Source: Candidatus Krumholzibacteriia bacterium
Lineage (GTDB): Bacteria; Krumholzibacteriota; Krumholzibacteriia; LZORAL124-64-63
Assembly: GCA_046484865.1 (NCBI GenBank)
Contig: JAWOID010000116.1
Span: forward strand, 12,420 to 76,419
Direction of reading: 5' to 3'
Length of the DNA: 64,000 nt
Shown: positions 36,627-44,593 of the stretch, one piece after another
Position numbering within the stretch: the stretch's first letter is position 1
How the letters are laid out: every line of letters begins with the position of its first letter
Program-made: the position numbers and the translations under genes
Notes under the pieces: generated by a model
Told to the model about the DNA's origin: nothing
The model's input: the letters and a program-made list of their open reading frames with translations, nothing else
Database searches by the model: none

Positions 36627-37616
36627 TTGCCGCGCAACCTCGCTCTGGTCGCTGCGGTGGTGGTCACGGTCGCCACCGCCGCCGTGGGGTGGTGGAGCGC
36701 GGCCGCGTCGGAAGACGCGCCGGTACAGGTGGTGGCGTACCTGTTGCTTCTGCCGGCTCCGTTCGTGGTGGGCGCCGTCTGGGGTCTGGCGCTGCGGCGT
36801 GCCGGCACGCTCGGGCAGGTGGCCACGGCCGCGGCGCTGACGGGCGCGGCGGTCTACCTGATCGCCGGCGGAGACATCGCCCTGCCGGTGGTCGGTCACG
36901 CCGCGGCCGGACTGCTGGCCGCCCTGGGGCTGCTGCGCGCGTGGCCGGCGAACCGGATCGTCGGGGCCGTCGCCCTGGCGCTGGCTCCCGCCGTCGTGGC
37001 GGTGGCGCTCGAGCAGCCGGTGGCGGACGTCCTCGCGCTGGAATCCGACCGCGCCCGTTCCGCCGCGGCGGAGCGATTGCCGTCGCAGATGACCGCAGCC
37101 GAGCGCGAGGCCGCCCTGCGGGAGTACGACGAGCGCATGGCCGACGTGGTGGCGATGGCTGGCCGCATCTGGCCGGGTGTCCTGGCCCTGGGCCTGCTGG
37201 CGGTGGCGGCGGGAATCGTGGCGGTGACGGCCGCCGCGCTGCGGTGGCTCGGTGGCTGGGGCGGTGGACTGCCCTGGTCGCGCTTCGCGCGGTGGCGGCT
37301 GCCGTTCTACCTGGTCTGGGTGCTGGCGGCCGGTCTGGTCATGATCCTCACCCGCCAGGGGGTGGTGTTCGTGGCCGGGGTGAATGCGATCCTGGTGACC
37401 GCGGCGCTGCTGGCGGTGCAGGGCATCGCGGTGCAGGTTCACGTGATCGGACGGATGGTCGGCCCGCGAGGACAGGTGGTGTTCTGGATCGCGGCCGGGC
37501 TGTTCTTCGCGCCGCTCGTGGTGGCCAGCGGCGCGCTGCTGGGGCTGCTGGATCAGTGGCTGGACATCCGCCGGCTCGACGCTGGTGGCGAGCCGCCGCC
37601 GGGTGCCGCGGCCTGA
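36627..37616 (+). CDS. DUF2232/YybS-like membrane protein
   Basis: Multi-TM protein; FARWRLP, QGIAV, LGLLDQWLDIRR; located between rpsR and rplI. Confidence 0.8.
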   Translation: MPRNLALVAAVVVTVATAAVGWWSAAASEDAPVQVVAYLLLLPAPFVVGAVWGLALRRAGTLGQVATAAALTGAAVYLIAGGDIALPVVGHAAAGLLAALGLLRAWPANRIVGAVALALAPAVVAVALEQPVADVLALESDRARSAAAERLPSQMTAAEREAALREYDERMADVVAMAGRIWPGVLALGLLAVAAGIVAVTAAALRWLGGWGGGLPWSRFARWRLPFYLVWVLAAGLVMILTRQGVVFVAGVNAILVTAALLAVQGIAVQVHVIGRMVGPRGQVVFWIAAGLFFAPLVVASGALLGLLDQWLDIRRLDAGGEPPPGAAA

Positions 37617-37733
37617 GCGTCGACCGCGATCTGGAGAGCCGGAAGTGGAGAGCGCCGCGCCGCGCGGCGCAGTCGAACTGCCGCACCGGGGCGGCGGACG
37701 AGGGAACTCAGCGAGAAGCAAGGTGGTCGAACC

Positions 37734-38186
37734 ATGGAAGTGATCCTCACCGCGCGGGTTGAGAACGTGGGCGACATGGGTGAGGTCGTCAACGTCGCCC
37801 GCGGATATGCGCGCAACTTCCTCATCCCGCGCGGGCTCGCGGTGGTGGCCAGCAAGGGCGCCAGGAAGCAGGTCGCCGAGCAGGTGGCCCTCGAGCGCAA
37901 GCGGGACGACGACCTCCGCTCGACGGCGGAGAAGGTGGCCCGCAAGTACGCCGATCGCGAGTTGAGCGTGAGTTTCGCGGTGCAGGCCGGCGAGGACGAC
38001 CGGCTCTTCGGCTCGGTGGGCGTTCGCGACATCGCCGCCGCCCTCGCCGAGCAGGGGCTCGAGTTCGAAGCGCGTCAGGTGCTTCTGGACGAGCCCATCA
38101 AGCAGCTCGGCGTGTACACTGTGCCGGTGAAGCTGCACCAGGCTGTCGAGGTGCCGGTGAAGGTGTGGGTGACCCGCGTCGAGTGA
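37734..38186 (+). CDS. rplI: 50S ribosomal protein L9
   Basis: MEVIL, GYARNFLIP.GLA, RLFGSV, PIKQLG. Confidence 0.96.
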   Translation: MEVILTARVENVGDMGEVVNVARGYARNFLIPRGLAVVASKGARKQVAEQVALERKRDDDLRSTAEKVARKYADRELSVSFAVQAGEDDRLFGSVGVRDIAAALAEQGLEFEARQVLLDEPIKQLGVYTVPVKLHQAVEVPVKVWVTRVE

Positions 38187-38214
38187 GTCGCCGCGCCCCA
38201 ACGAGGAGCCGACC

Positions 38215-39309
38215 ATGAACGCCACCGGCGGCGACCGCAGGCCTCGCGGTTTCTGCGTGATCATGGCGGGCGGTCGCGGCACCCGCTTCTGGCCGCTGAG
38301 CCGCACGGCACGGCCGAAGCAGTTGCTGCCGCTCGCCGGCGACCGCAGCCTGCTGCGCGAGACCTACGAGCGGGTGGCGCCGCTGGTCGGACCCGAGAAC
38401 GTGCTCGTCATCACCAGCGGCAGCCTCGCTCCCGCCTGCCGCGCCGAACTGCCCGAGTTGCCCGAGGATCGCGTGGTCGCGGAACCGGTGGGCCGCAACA
38501 CCGCGCCGTGCGCGGTCCTGGGAGCGGGCATCGCCCGCCGTCTGGTTCCCGGTGCGCCGGTGGCCCTGCTTCCGGCCGACCACCACATTCCCGACGCCGA
38601 CCTGTTCCAGAGCCAGCTCGCCGACGCCTTCGCGCACGCCGCCGCGCGCGGCGGCGTCGTCACCTTCGGCGTGCCCCCCTCGCGTCCCGAGACCGGCTAC
38701 GGCTACCTGGAGGTCGCCGAGTCGCCCGCAGACGGGAACTTCCTGGCCGGACGCGCCTTCGTGGAGAAACCGGACCGCGCCCGCGCGGAGATGTACCTGC
38801 GCGGCGGCCGCCACTTCTGGAACAGCGGCATCTTCGTCTGGAATCCCGACGACTTCGCCGCCGCGGTGGACCACCTGGTGCCATCGATGGTGGCCGAACT
38901 CGAGCCGGCGGTGGCGGCCTTCGGCACCCCGGATTTCGCGACGGCGCTGGAGACGAGCTATCGCGCCTGCCCGGCGGATTCCATCGATTACGCCGTGATG
39001 GAGAAGCTGCCCCGCTTCACGGTGCTCATCGCTGGCTTCTCCTGGTCGGACGTGGGCAGCTGGGACGCGTGGGGCGAACTCGCGCCCGCTCTGGGCGAGG
39101 GAAACCGGGGACGAGGCGATCTGCTGGCGGTATCGGCCCGCCACAACACCGTCCACGTGCCGGGCAAGCTGGTGGCCCTCGTGGGCGTGGACGATCTCAT
39201 CGTGGTGGACACCGATGACGCGTTGCTGGTCTGCGACCGGCGGCAGGCGCAGCGGCTGCGCGATGTCATCGCGGAACTGGAACAGCGCGAGCGCGACGAT
39301 CTGCTCTGA
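38215..39309 (+). CDS. manC: Mannose-1-phosphate guanylyltransferase
   Basis: IMAGGRGTRFWPLSR...PKQ, EPVGRNTAP, PADH, ETGYGY, FVEKP, WNSGIF, SIDYAVME, WSDVGSW. Confidence 0.93.
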   Translation: MNATGGDRRPRGFCVIMAGGRGTRFWPLSRTARPKQLLPLAGDRSLLRETYERVAPLVGPENVLVITSGSLAPACRAELPELPEDRVVAEPVGRNTAPCAVLGAGIARRLVPGAPVALLPADHHIPDADLFQSQLADAFAHAAARGGVVTFGVPPSRPETGYGYLEVAESPADGNFLAGRAFVEKPDRARAEMYLRGGRHFWNSGIFVWNPDDFAAAVDHLVPSMVAELEPAVAAFGTPDFATALETSYRACPADSIDYAVMEKLPRFTVLIAGFSWSDVGSWDAWGELAPALGEGNRGRGDLLAVSARHNTVHVPGKLVALVGVDDLIVVDTDDALLVCDRRQAQRLRDVIAELEQRERDDLL

Positions 39310-39406
39310 CCGACCTCCGGCGACCGGGCGGCCCGGCCGGCCGACCGCCGGACGCAACACCGCCCCCCGCAGCGGCGGGCGGCCTCGCGAAAGGAGACTG
39401 AAGGAC

Positions 39407-40684
39407 ATGAAGCCCAACCGCATGCATTCCGGTTCGACCAGGCGGGCGATGCGCCATGGTGGCCTCGGCCTGCTGGCCTTCGGCCTGCTGGCGGCTCTCG
39501 CGGCCTGCGACGATGGCCCCTCGGGTGCCGGAACGCGTCTGGATCCCCCCGAAGACATGCTCTTCGGCGACGGCACCGATCCCGGCTCGCCCGTGATCGC
39601 ACGCGTGGACGGTTTCGCGATCACCCAGCGCGATCTGGAGAAGCGGCGCGAGGAATTCACCCGCGAGGAGCGGCGCCAGTTCGAGGGCGACAGCGGCGAC
39701 CGGCTGCTGATACGCGCCATGGTCGACGAGGCGCTGCTGGCGAAGGGCGCCCGCGACCTGGAACTGTACAAGGACCCCAGCTTCGTCCGCACGCTCGTGA
39801 TGAACCGGCGGGTCGCGCTCGTGGATGCCATGCGCAATCTCGGGCTGTTGAAGGGGCGGGAGCCTTCCCAGGAGGAGCTGCGGCAGTACTTCCTGGACAA
39901 TCGCGACAGCTACATGCTCCAGGGCACCATGAACGCTCGGCACATCGAGACCGGCAGCCGCGAGCAGGCCGAAGAGGCATACGCGCAGATCATGTCGGCG
40001 GACACCGACGAGAACTGGGCATTCCGGCGTGCGGTGGCCGAGTACTCCACCAACGCCGTCACGCGGCAGCGTCAGGGCGATCTGGGCTGGTTCAACCCCG
40101 GCGGGTTCATCGGCGGCGTGGAGCAGTCGAAGGAGCTGAGCAGCGCAGCCTGGGAGTTGCAGACGGGCGTGAACCCACCCATCCAGGTGGGCGATCGGTG
40201 GCACGTCATCCAGGTGCTGCAGCGCCAGCATGCGCGGCCGATGACGTTCGAGGAAGCCTTCGAGCGGGTGAAGATGGAGTACATGCCGCGGTGGCAGGGA
40301 CAGATCATTGGCGAATGGCTGAGGTCCGCCCGTGCCGAGGCGGACATCGAGTTCTACGGCGACTACCGGCCCGGCCAGGGGAAGACCCCGGCCGAGCTCT
40401 TCGAGCGGGCTCAGGTCGTCCAGGATCTGCAGCAGAAGATCTCGCTGCTCGATCTGCTGGTGGAGGATTATCCCGAGAGCGACCTCGTGGACGATGCGCT
40501 CTTCCTGGCGGCGAATCTCTTGCTGGACACCCACAACGACCAGCTCGCCGCGCGCCGGTACCTGCGGCAGCTCCTGCGCGACCACCCCGGCAGCGACTAT
40601 GCCGACGACGCGCAGTACATCATCGAGAACATGGGCCGGCCGAACTTCCGCAATCCGCAGAGCATCGAGGACCTGCGCGGCTGA
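39407..40684 (+). CDS. PpiC/parvulin-type peptidyl-prolyl isomerase lipoprotein with C-terminal TPR-like repeats
   Basis: Lipobox LAAC; IARVDG..IT, ARHI, F...VAEYS, GDLGWF, WHVI; C-terminal LVEDYPES..VDDALF and LLRDHPGS.YADDA. Confidence 0.8.
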   Translation: MKPNRMHSGSTRRAMRHGGLGLLAFGLLAALAACDDGPSGAGTRLDPPEDMLFGDGTDPGSPVIARVDGFAITQRDLEKRREEFTREERRQFEGDSGDRLLIRAMVDEALLAKGARDLELYKDPSFVRTLVMNRRVALVDAMRNLGLLKGREPSQEELRQYFLDNRDSYMLQGTMNARHIETGSREQAEEAYAQIMSADTDENWAFRRAVAEYSTNAVTRQRQGDLGWFNPGGFIGGVEQSKELSSAAWELQTGVNPPIQVGDRWHVIQVLQRQHARPMTFEEAFERVKMEYMPRWQGQIIGEWLRSARAEADIEFYGDYRPGQGKTPAELFERAQVVQDLQQKISLLDLLVEDYPESDLVDDALFLAANLLLDTHNDQLAARRYLRQLLRDHPGSDYADDAQYIIENMGRPNFRNPQSIEDLRG

Positions 40685-40708
40685 TCCGCCGGGGGCCGGG
40701 GGGGGGCG

Positions 40709-40736
40709 TTGACACCCCCCCGGCCTCTGGTAGACT
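40709..40736 (+). promoter_or_regulatory. Sigma70 promoter TTGACA-N16-TAGACT with extended -10 TG, inside an inverted repeat
   Basis: -35 at 40709-40714, TG at 40728-40729, -10 at 40731-40736. Confidence 0.65.
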
Positions 40737-40830
40737 TGCCGTGCCGACCTCCGGCGTCGCGTGGACGACGCTCCCGGACCGCTCGCCCCCGGACGCTGGC
40801 GATCACGTCACCCAGGCCGAAAGGAACGCC

Positions 40831-41382
40831 ATGGATCTCCCTCGTGAGTTCCCGCCCCGGTGCCGCGCGGAGCGCCGGACCGAGCGGTCGCTGGTGACGC
40901 GCCGAAGACTGTGCGTGATCGCTCTGGTGCTGCTCGCTCCGCTGGCGGGGGCGTCCGCGGCGACCGCGGACGCGGCGGTTGCGACGGCCGGCGCCGCGGT
41001 CGCTCCGGACGAGGCCGCCGTGGACACGACGGCGGCGCCGGACGGTTTGGCCGTGGCCGGGATACGGTTCGGCACCGGCATCGACCCCGAGCGCCGCGAG
41101 CCCGCCGGTGTAGCCGACACCTTCGCGGCGGACGTGGGTCGCGTGTACTGCTGGACGCTGGTGGAAGGCGCCCGGACACCCACCCAGATCACCCACGCCT
41201 GGTACCACCAGGGCGAGCCGATGGCGAAGGTGGTCCTGCCCGTCGGGGCGCAGCGGTGGCGCACCTACTCGAGCAAGGCGATCCTACCCGAGTGGACTGG
41301 CCCCTGGGAGGTGAAGGTCCTGGACGCGCAGGGCGCCATCATCGGGTCGGCTTCGTTCACCGTGGGCGCAGGCGGGAGGTGA
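40831..41382 (+). CDS. DUF2914-like secreted protein
   Basis: Signal peptide; REP....F..DVGRVYCWT, ITHAWY, RWRTYSSK.I.PEWTGPWEV. Confidence 0.8.
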   Translation: MDLPREFPPRCRAERRTERSLVTRRRLCVIALVLLAPLAGASAATADAAVATAGAAVAPDEAAVDTTAAPDGLAVAGIRFGTGIDPERREPAGVADTFAADVGRVYCWTLVEGARTPTQITHAWYHQGEPMAKVVLPVGAQRWRTYSSKAILPEWTGPWEVKVLDAQGAIIGSASFTVGAGGR

Positions 41383-41384
41383 CC

Positions 41385-41912
41385 ATGATCCGGGCGCGCG
41401 TCGGGGGCATGATCCTCGACGAGACGAAGAAGGCGCCGGTGCTGCTGCTGCACCTGGTGGCGCTGGATCGCTACCTGCCGATCTGGATCGGCCCGCCGGA
41501 GGCCGCCAGCATCGGCATGGTCCTGCAGCAGCAGGCTTTCGAGCGACCGCTCACCCATGACCTGCTCGTCACGGTCGTGGATGCCCTGGACGGCAAGGTG
41601 GCGCGGGTCGTGATCGTGGACCAGCGACAGAACACTTACTACGCCAAGCTCTTCATCGAGCACGGCGACCAGGTGCTCGGCATCGATGCGCGGCCGAGCG
41701 ACTCGATCGCCATCGCCTTGCGCGCCGAGGCTCCCATCTACGTCACCGAGCAGGTGGTGGAGAAGGTTCGCGACAGTCTGCTGCAGTTCGACGCCGACGG
41801 CACCCAGCGCCTGCACGAGGACGAGCCCGGCGACGAGCCCGGCGACGAGCCTGGCTTCGATCCCGACGCACCCGACCTGGAGGACGGCGAGGAAGGGATG
41901 GACCCGCAATGA
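41385..41912 (+). CDS. Bifunctional nuclease family protein (DUF151)
   Basis: LPIWIGPPEA, RPLTHDL, YYAKL, IDARPSDSIAIALR..APIYV. Confidence 0.92.
   Translation: MIRARVGGMILDETKKAPVLLLHLVALDRYLPIWIGPPEAASIGMVLQQQAFERPLTHDLLVTVVDALDGKVARVVIVDQRQNTYYAKLFIEHGDQVLGIDARPSDSIAIALRAEAPIYVTEQVVEKVRDSLLQFDADGTQRLHEDEPGDEPGDEPGFDPDAPDLEDGEEGMDPQ
41820..41855 (+). repeat. 12-bp coding tandem repeat x3 (DEPG)
   Basis: GACGAGCCCGGC GACGAGCCCGGC GACGAGCCTGGC in the DUF151 acidic tail. Confidence 0.85.
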
Positions 41913-43843
41913 CGACACACCGCGGCAGCTTCACGGCGGGTCGAATGGGGCGCTGGATGCTGCTGCTGACCGCGATCCTGTCGGCGGTCGTGCTGGCGGC
42001 CGGCTGCGGCGGCGGCAAGCCGGGTCGGCGGGAGCCGGCCTCCGCTCTCGATCTGCAAGGCGAGAATCTCGAGCGCGCACAGCGGCTCTTCCTGCAGTTG
42101 CAGCAGGAGCATGCGCTGCGGCGCGACCGGCAGGTGCTGGATCTCGCCTTCGAGCTGCTGGACCGCTACCCGTCCTTCGCGGGGAACGAGGAGGCCTTGA
42201 GGCTGGCGGTGAGTTCGGCGCAGAGGCTGGACGACGTGTCCACTGGGCAACGCCTCGCGTCCGAGTACCTGGCGCAGCATCCGGATAGCCCCTACGTGCC
42301 GGAGGTCCTGGCGCTGACCGCTCACCTGGCCGCTGCCGCGGGCGACGGTCCCGCAGCGGCGCAGGCGCTCGTCCGGTTGCACGACCAGGCCCACACGGAC
42401 GAGGAACGGGTTGCAGCGACCCACGAGCTGGAGTCCTACCTGGCGGCGCTCGGCGGCGCCGATCTGCAGAGGCTCTATCTCGACAATCACGAGCGCAGCC
42501 TCGGTTCGCATCTCGGCTATCGCGCGGTGCGCGCCATGCTCCAGGAGGGGAGCCTGGTCGAGGCCGGCGAGCTGGCCAAGAGGCTTCGACGCGATGCTCC
42601 GGGTGATCCCTGGACCCATGCGGCGGCGAGGCTGCTGGACGCTCCGGTCGAGGAACTGGCCGCGGCAGGAGTGATCCCCGGCGCTGTCGCGCCGGGCCGG
42701 GTGGGCGTGCTCTGTCCGCTGACAGGCCGTTACGCCGCGCTCGGCAATGCTTTCTACGAGGGTGCCCGGCTGGCGCTGGAGCACGTGCAGCAGGCGGCTG
42801 CCGGCAACCCCGAAGTCGAAGTGGATCTGGAACTGACAGTGGAGGACAGCGAGGCCGATCCGGTGGTGGCGGCACTGGCGGCCCGGCGCCTCTGCGTCCA
42901 GCAGGGGAGCGTGGCGCTGGTGGGCGCCATGCTCAGCGCCACCACGGCCACCGCGGCGCTGGTCTGCGAACACCTGGGTGTGCCGCTGGTGTCTCCCACC
43001 GCCACCCACGACCGGCTGGGCGAGCTGGGTGCCCACGTGGTCCAGACCAACCAGACCGAGGCATACGAGGTCGAGTTGCTGGCCCAGCTCGCCACCCGCC
43101 TCATGCAGAAGGAACGCTTCGCCGTGCTCTATCCGCGTGGCCGCGAGGGGGAGGCGAGCCTGGCGCTGTTCCAGCGGGCCGTGGAGCCATGGGGTGGTCG
43201 AATCGTGGCGGCGGAAGGATTCCCGCCCGAGGCCACCGACTTCCGCGAGGCGATCCGCCAGGTGCGCAGCGCGCGCCCGGAGGTGATCTACGTTCCTGCG
43301 GGCTACGACCAGATGATCCTGCTCGGACCTCAGCTCGACTTCTACAGCGTCGGCGCGGTGATCATGGGGCCCAGCCGCTGGAACCTGGACCGGGTGGTGG
43401 AGCGTACGGGAGCCTCGCTGCAGCGGGCGCTCACCGTGAGCGAGGTGGCCATGTTCGCCGCCGACTGGACGGCCGAGTTCCGGGCGGCGTGGGACGACTC
43501 CCGCTACCCGGCGGAGGCCACCGTCCTGGCTCTGCGCTCTTACCAGGCCACCCGTTCGGTGCTGGAGGAACTTCTGCTGCTGCCGCTACCGTCGCGGCGC
43601 GACCTGCTGAGCGACGCTCTGCAACGTCGCTTCAGTCCACGCACCTTCGACGCCGAGGGCCCGGAGGCCTTCGCGCGCAGCGTACGCATGGCGGAGTCGG
43701 GCGGGACCGTGCCGTTCCCGGCCGAGCTGTACGCGGAGGCCTGGGCGCGTGCCCGGGCGGCGATCGCGGGAGCGGACAGCCTCGGCGGTCCGGAGGCGCC
43801 GGCGGATTCCGTCCCGCGCCTCAGCCCGCGTAAGGACCTTTGA
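41909..43843 (+). CDS. LpoA/LppC-like lipoprotein: TPR-like helical N-domain plus type I periplasmic-binding fold
   Basis: Lipobox LAAGC; helical repeats; VGVLCPLTGRYAALG...GARLA, ALVGAMLS, VPLVSPTAT, TDFR..I....RPEVIYVP. Confidence 0.75.
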   Translation: MTTHRGSFTAGRMGRWMLLLTAILSAVVLAAGCGGGKPGRREPASALDLQGENLERAQRLFLQLQQEHALRRDRQVLDLAFELLDRYPSFAGNEEALRLAVSSAQRLDDVSTGQRLASEYLAQHPDSPYVPEVLALTAHLAAAAGDGPAAAQALVRLHDQAHTDEERVAATHELESYLAALGGADLQRLYLDNHERSLGSHLGYRAVRAMLQEGSLVEAGELAKRLRRDAPGDPWTHAAARLLDAPVEELAAAGVIPGAVAPGRVGVLCPLTGRYAALGNAFYEGARLALEHVQQAAAGNPEVEVDLELTVEDSEADPVVAALAARRLCVQQGSVALVGAMLSATTATAALVCEHLGVPLVSPTATHDRLGELGAHVVQTNQTEAYEVELLAQLATRLMQKERFAVLYPRGREGEASLALFQRAVEPWGGRIVAAEGFPPEATDFREAIRQVRSARPEVIYVPAGYDQMILLGPQLDFYSVGAVIMGPSRWNLDRVVERTGASLQRALTVSEVAMFAADWTAEFRAAWDDSRYPAEATVLALRSYQATRSVLEELLLLPLPSRRDLLSDALQRRFSPRTFDAEGPEAFARSVRMAESGGTVPFPAELYAEAWARARAAIAGADSLGGPEAPADSVPRLSPRKDL

Positions 43844-44528
43844 AGTTGCAGGGCACGGTGATCCAGCGGCCCAGCGTGGGAGGCGGGTCGACGATCCACT
43901 CGAACTCCCACTGCCGCAACGCCCGGAGCAGTTCGGCCTCGAAGACCGGCCCACCCTCGTCCTGGGTGATCATGGCGGCCTGCACCTGGCCGTCGGGGCC
44001 GACGAACAGCGAAGCCACCATGCGGATCCGCGGGATGCGCTGCTGAGCCTCGGTGGCGCCGACAGGATACGTCGGGCGCACCAGCTTGACGATCCGGTAG
44101 TCGGGGCTGGTCTGCTGGGGGAGCAGCAGTTCCACCTGCTCGCGATCGTCGGCGGCGGCGTCGTGCGCCTCCGCCACCACCTCGCTCTCCTGCGGTCGGT
44201 CCCGCCGCGTCTCGACCCGGGGCACCTCCCGCTCCGCCTGCTCCCAGACCCGGTCCGGCACCACCTCGTAGGCTGGCGGCGTCTCCTCCCGCGCGCGCCG
44301 GCGCTCCTGGTGGACGGCATCGCGTCCCTCGTCGATGGAGATGTCGGGCATGATGCGCAGCTCGCCCTCGGCGCCGTACACCTCGAACCGGCTCCGCACG
44401 CTCTCCTGGTCCGGTCCCAGCATCACGAGCAGTGTCAACAGCAGGAGGGCGACGCCGGTGGCGGCGGCATAGCGCGGCCAGGCGCGGTCCTTGAAAGCCT
44501 GCTGGGCGCGGGTCGTGAAGGTCGGCAT
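43821..44528 (-). CDS. Second TonB C-terminal domain protein
   Basis: ATG 44528 after GGAG; N-terminal TM; VRPTYP..A, FVGPDGQV..A.I, FEAELLRALRQWEF, WITVP.NF. Confidence 0.75.
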   Translation of the reverse strand: MPTFTTRAQQAFKDRAWPRYAAATGVALLLLTLLVMLGPDQESVRSRFEVYGAEGELRIMPDISIDEGRDAVHQERRRAREETPPAYEVVPDRVWEQAEREVPRVETRRDRPQESEVVAEAHDAAADDREQVELLLPQQTSPDYRIVKLVRPTYPVGATEAQQRIPRIRMVASLFVGPDGQVQAAMITQDEGGPVFEAELLRALRQWEFEWIVDPPPTLGRWITVPCNFKGPYAG

Positions 44529-44593
44529 GAAGTCTCCGCCGGCTGCCGGCCGTTCGTTCGTCGCGTCGCGGTGCCGCCCCCGTGCCGCAGCGT

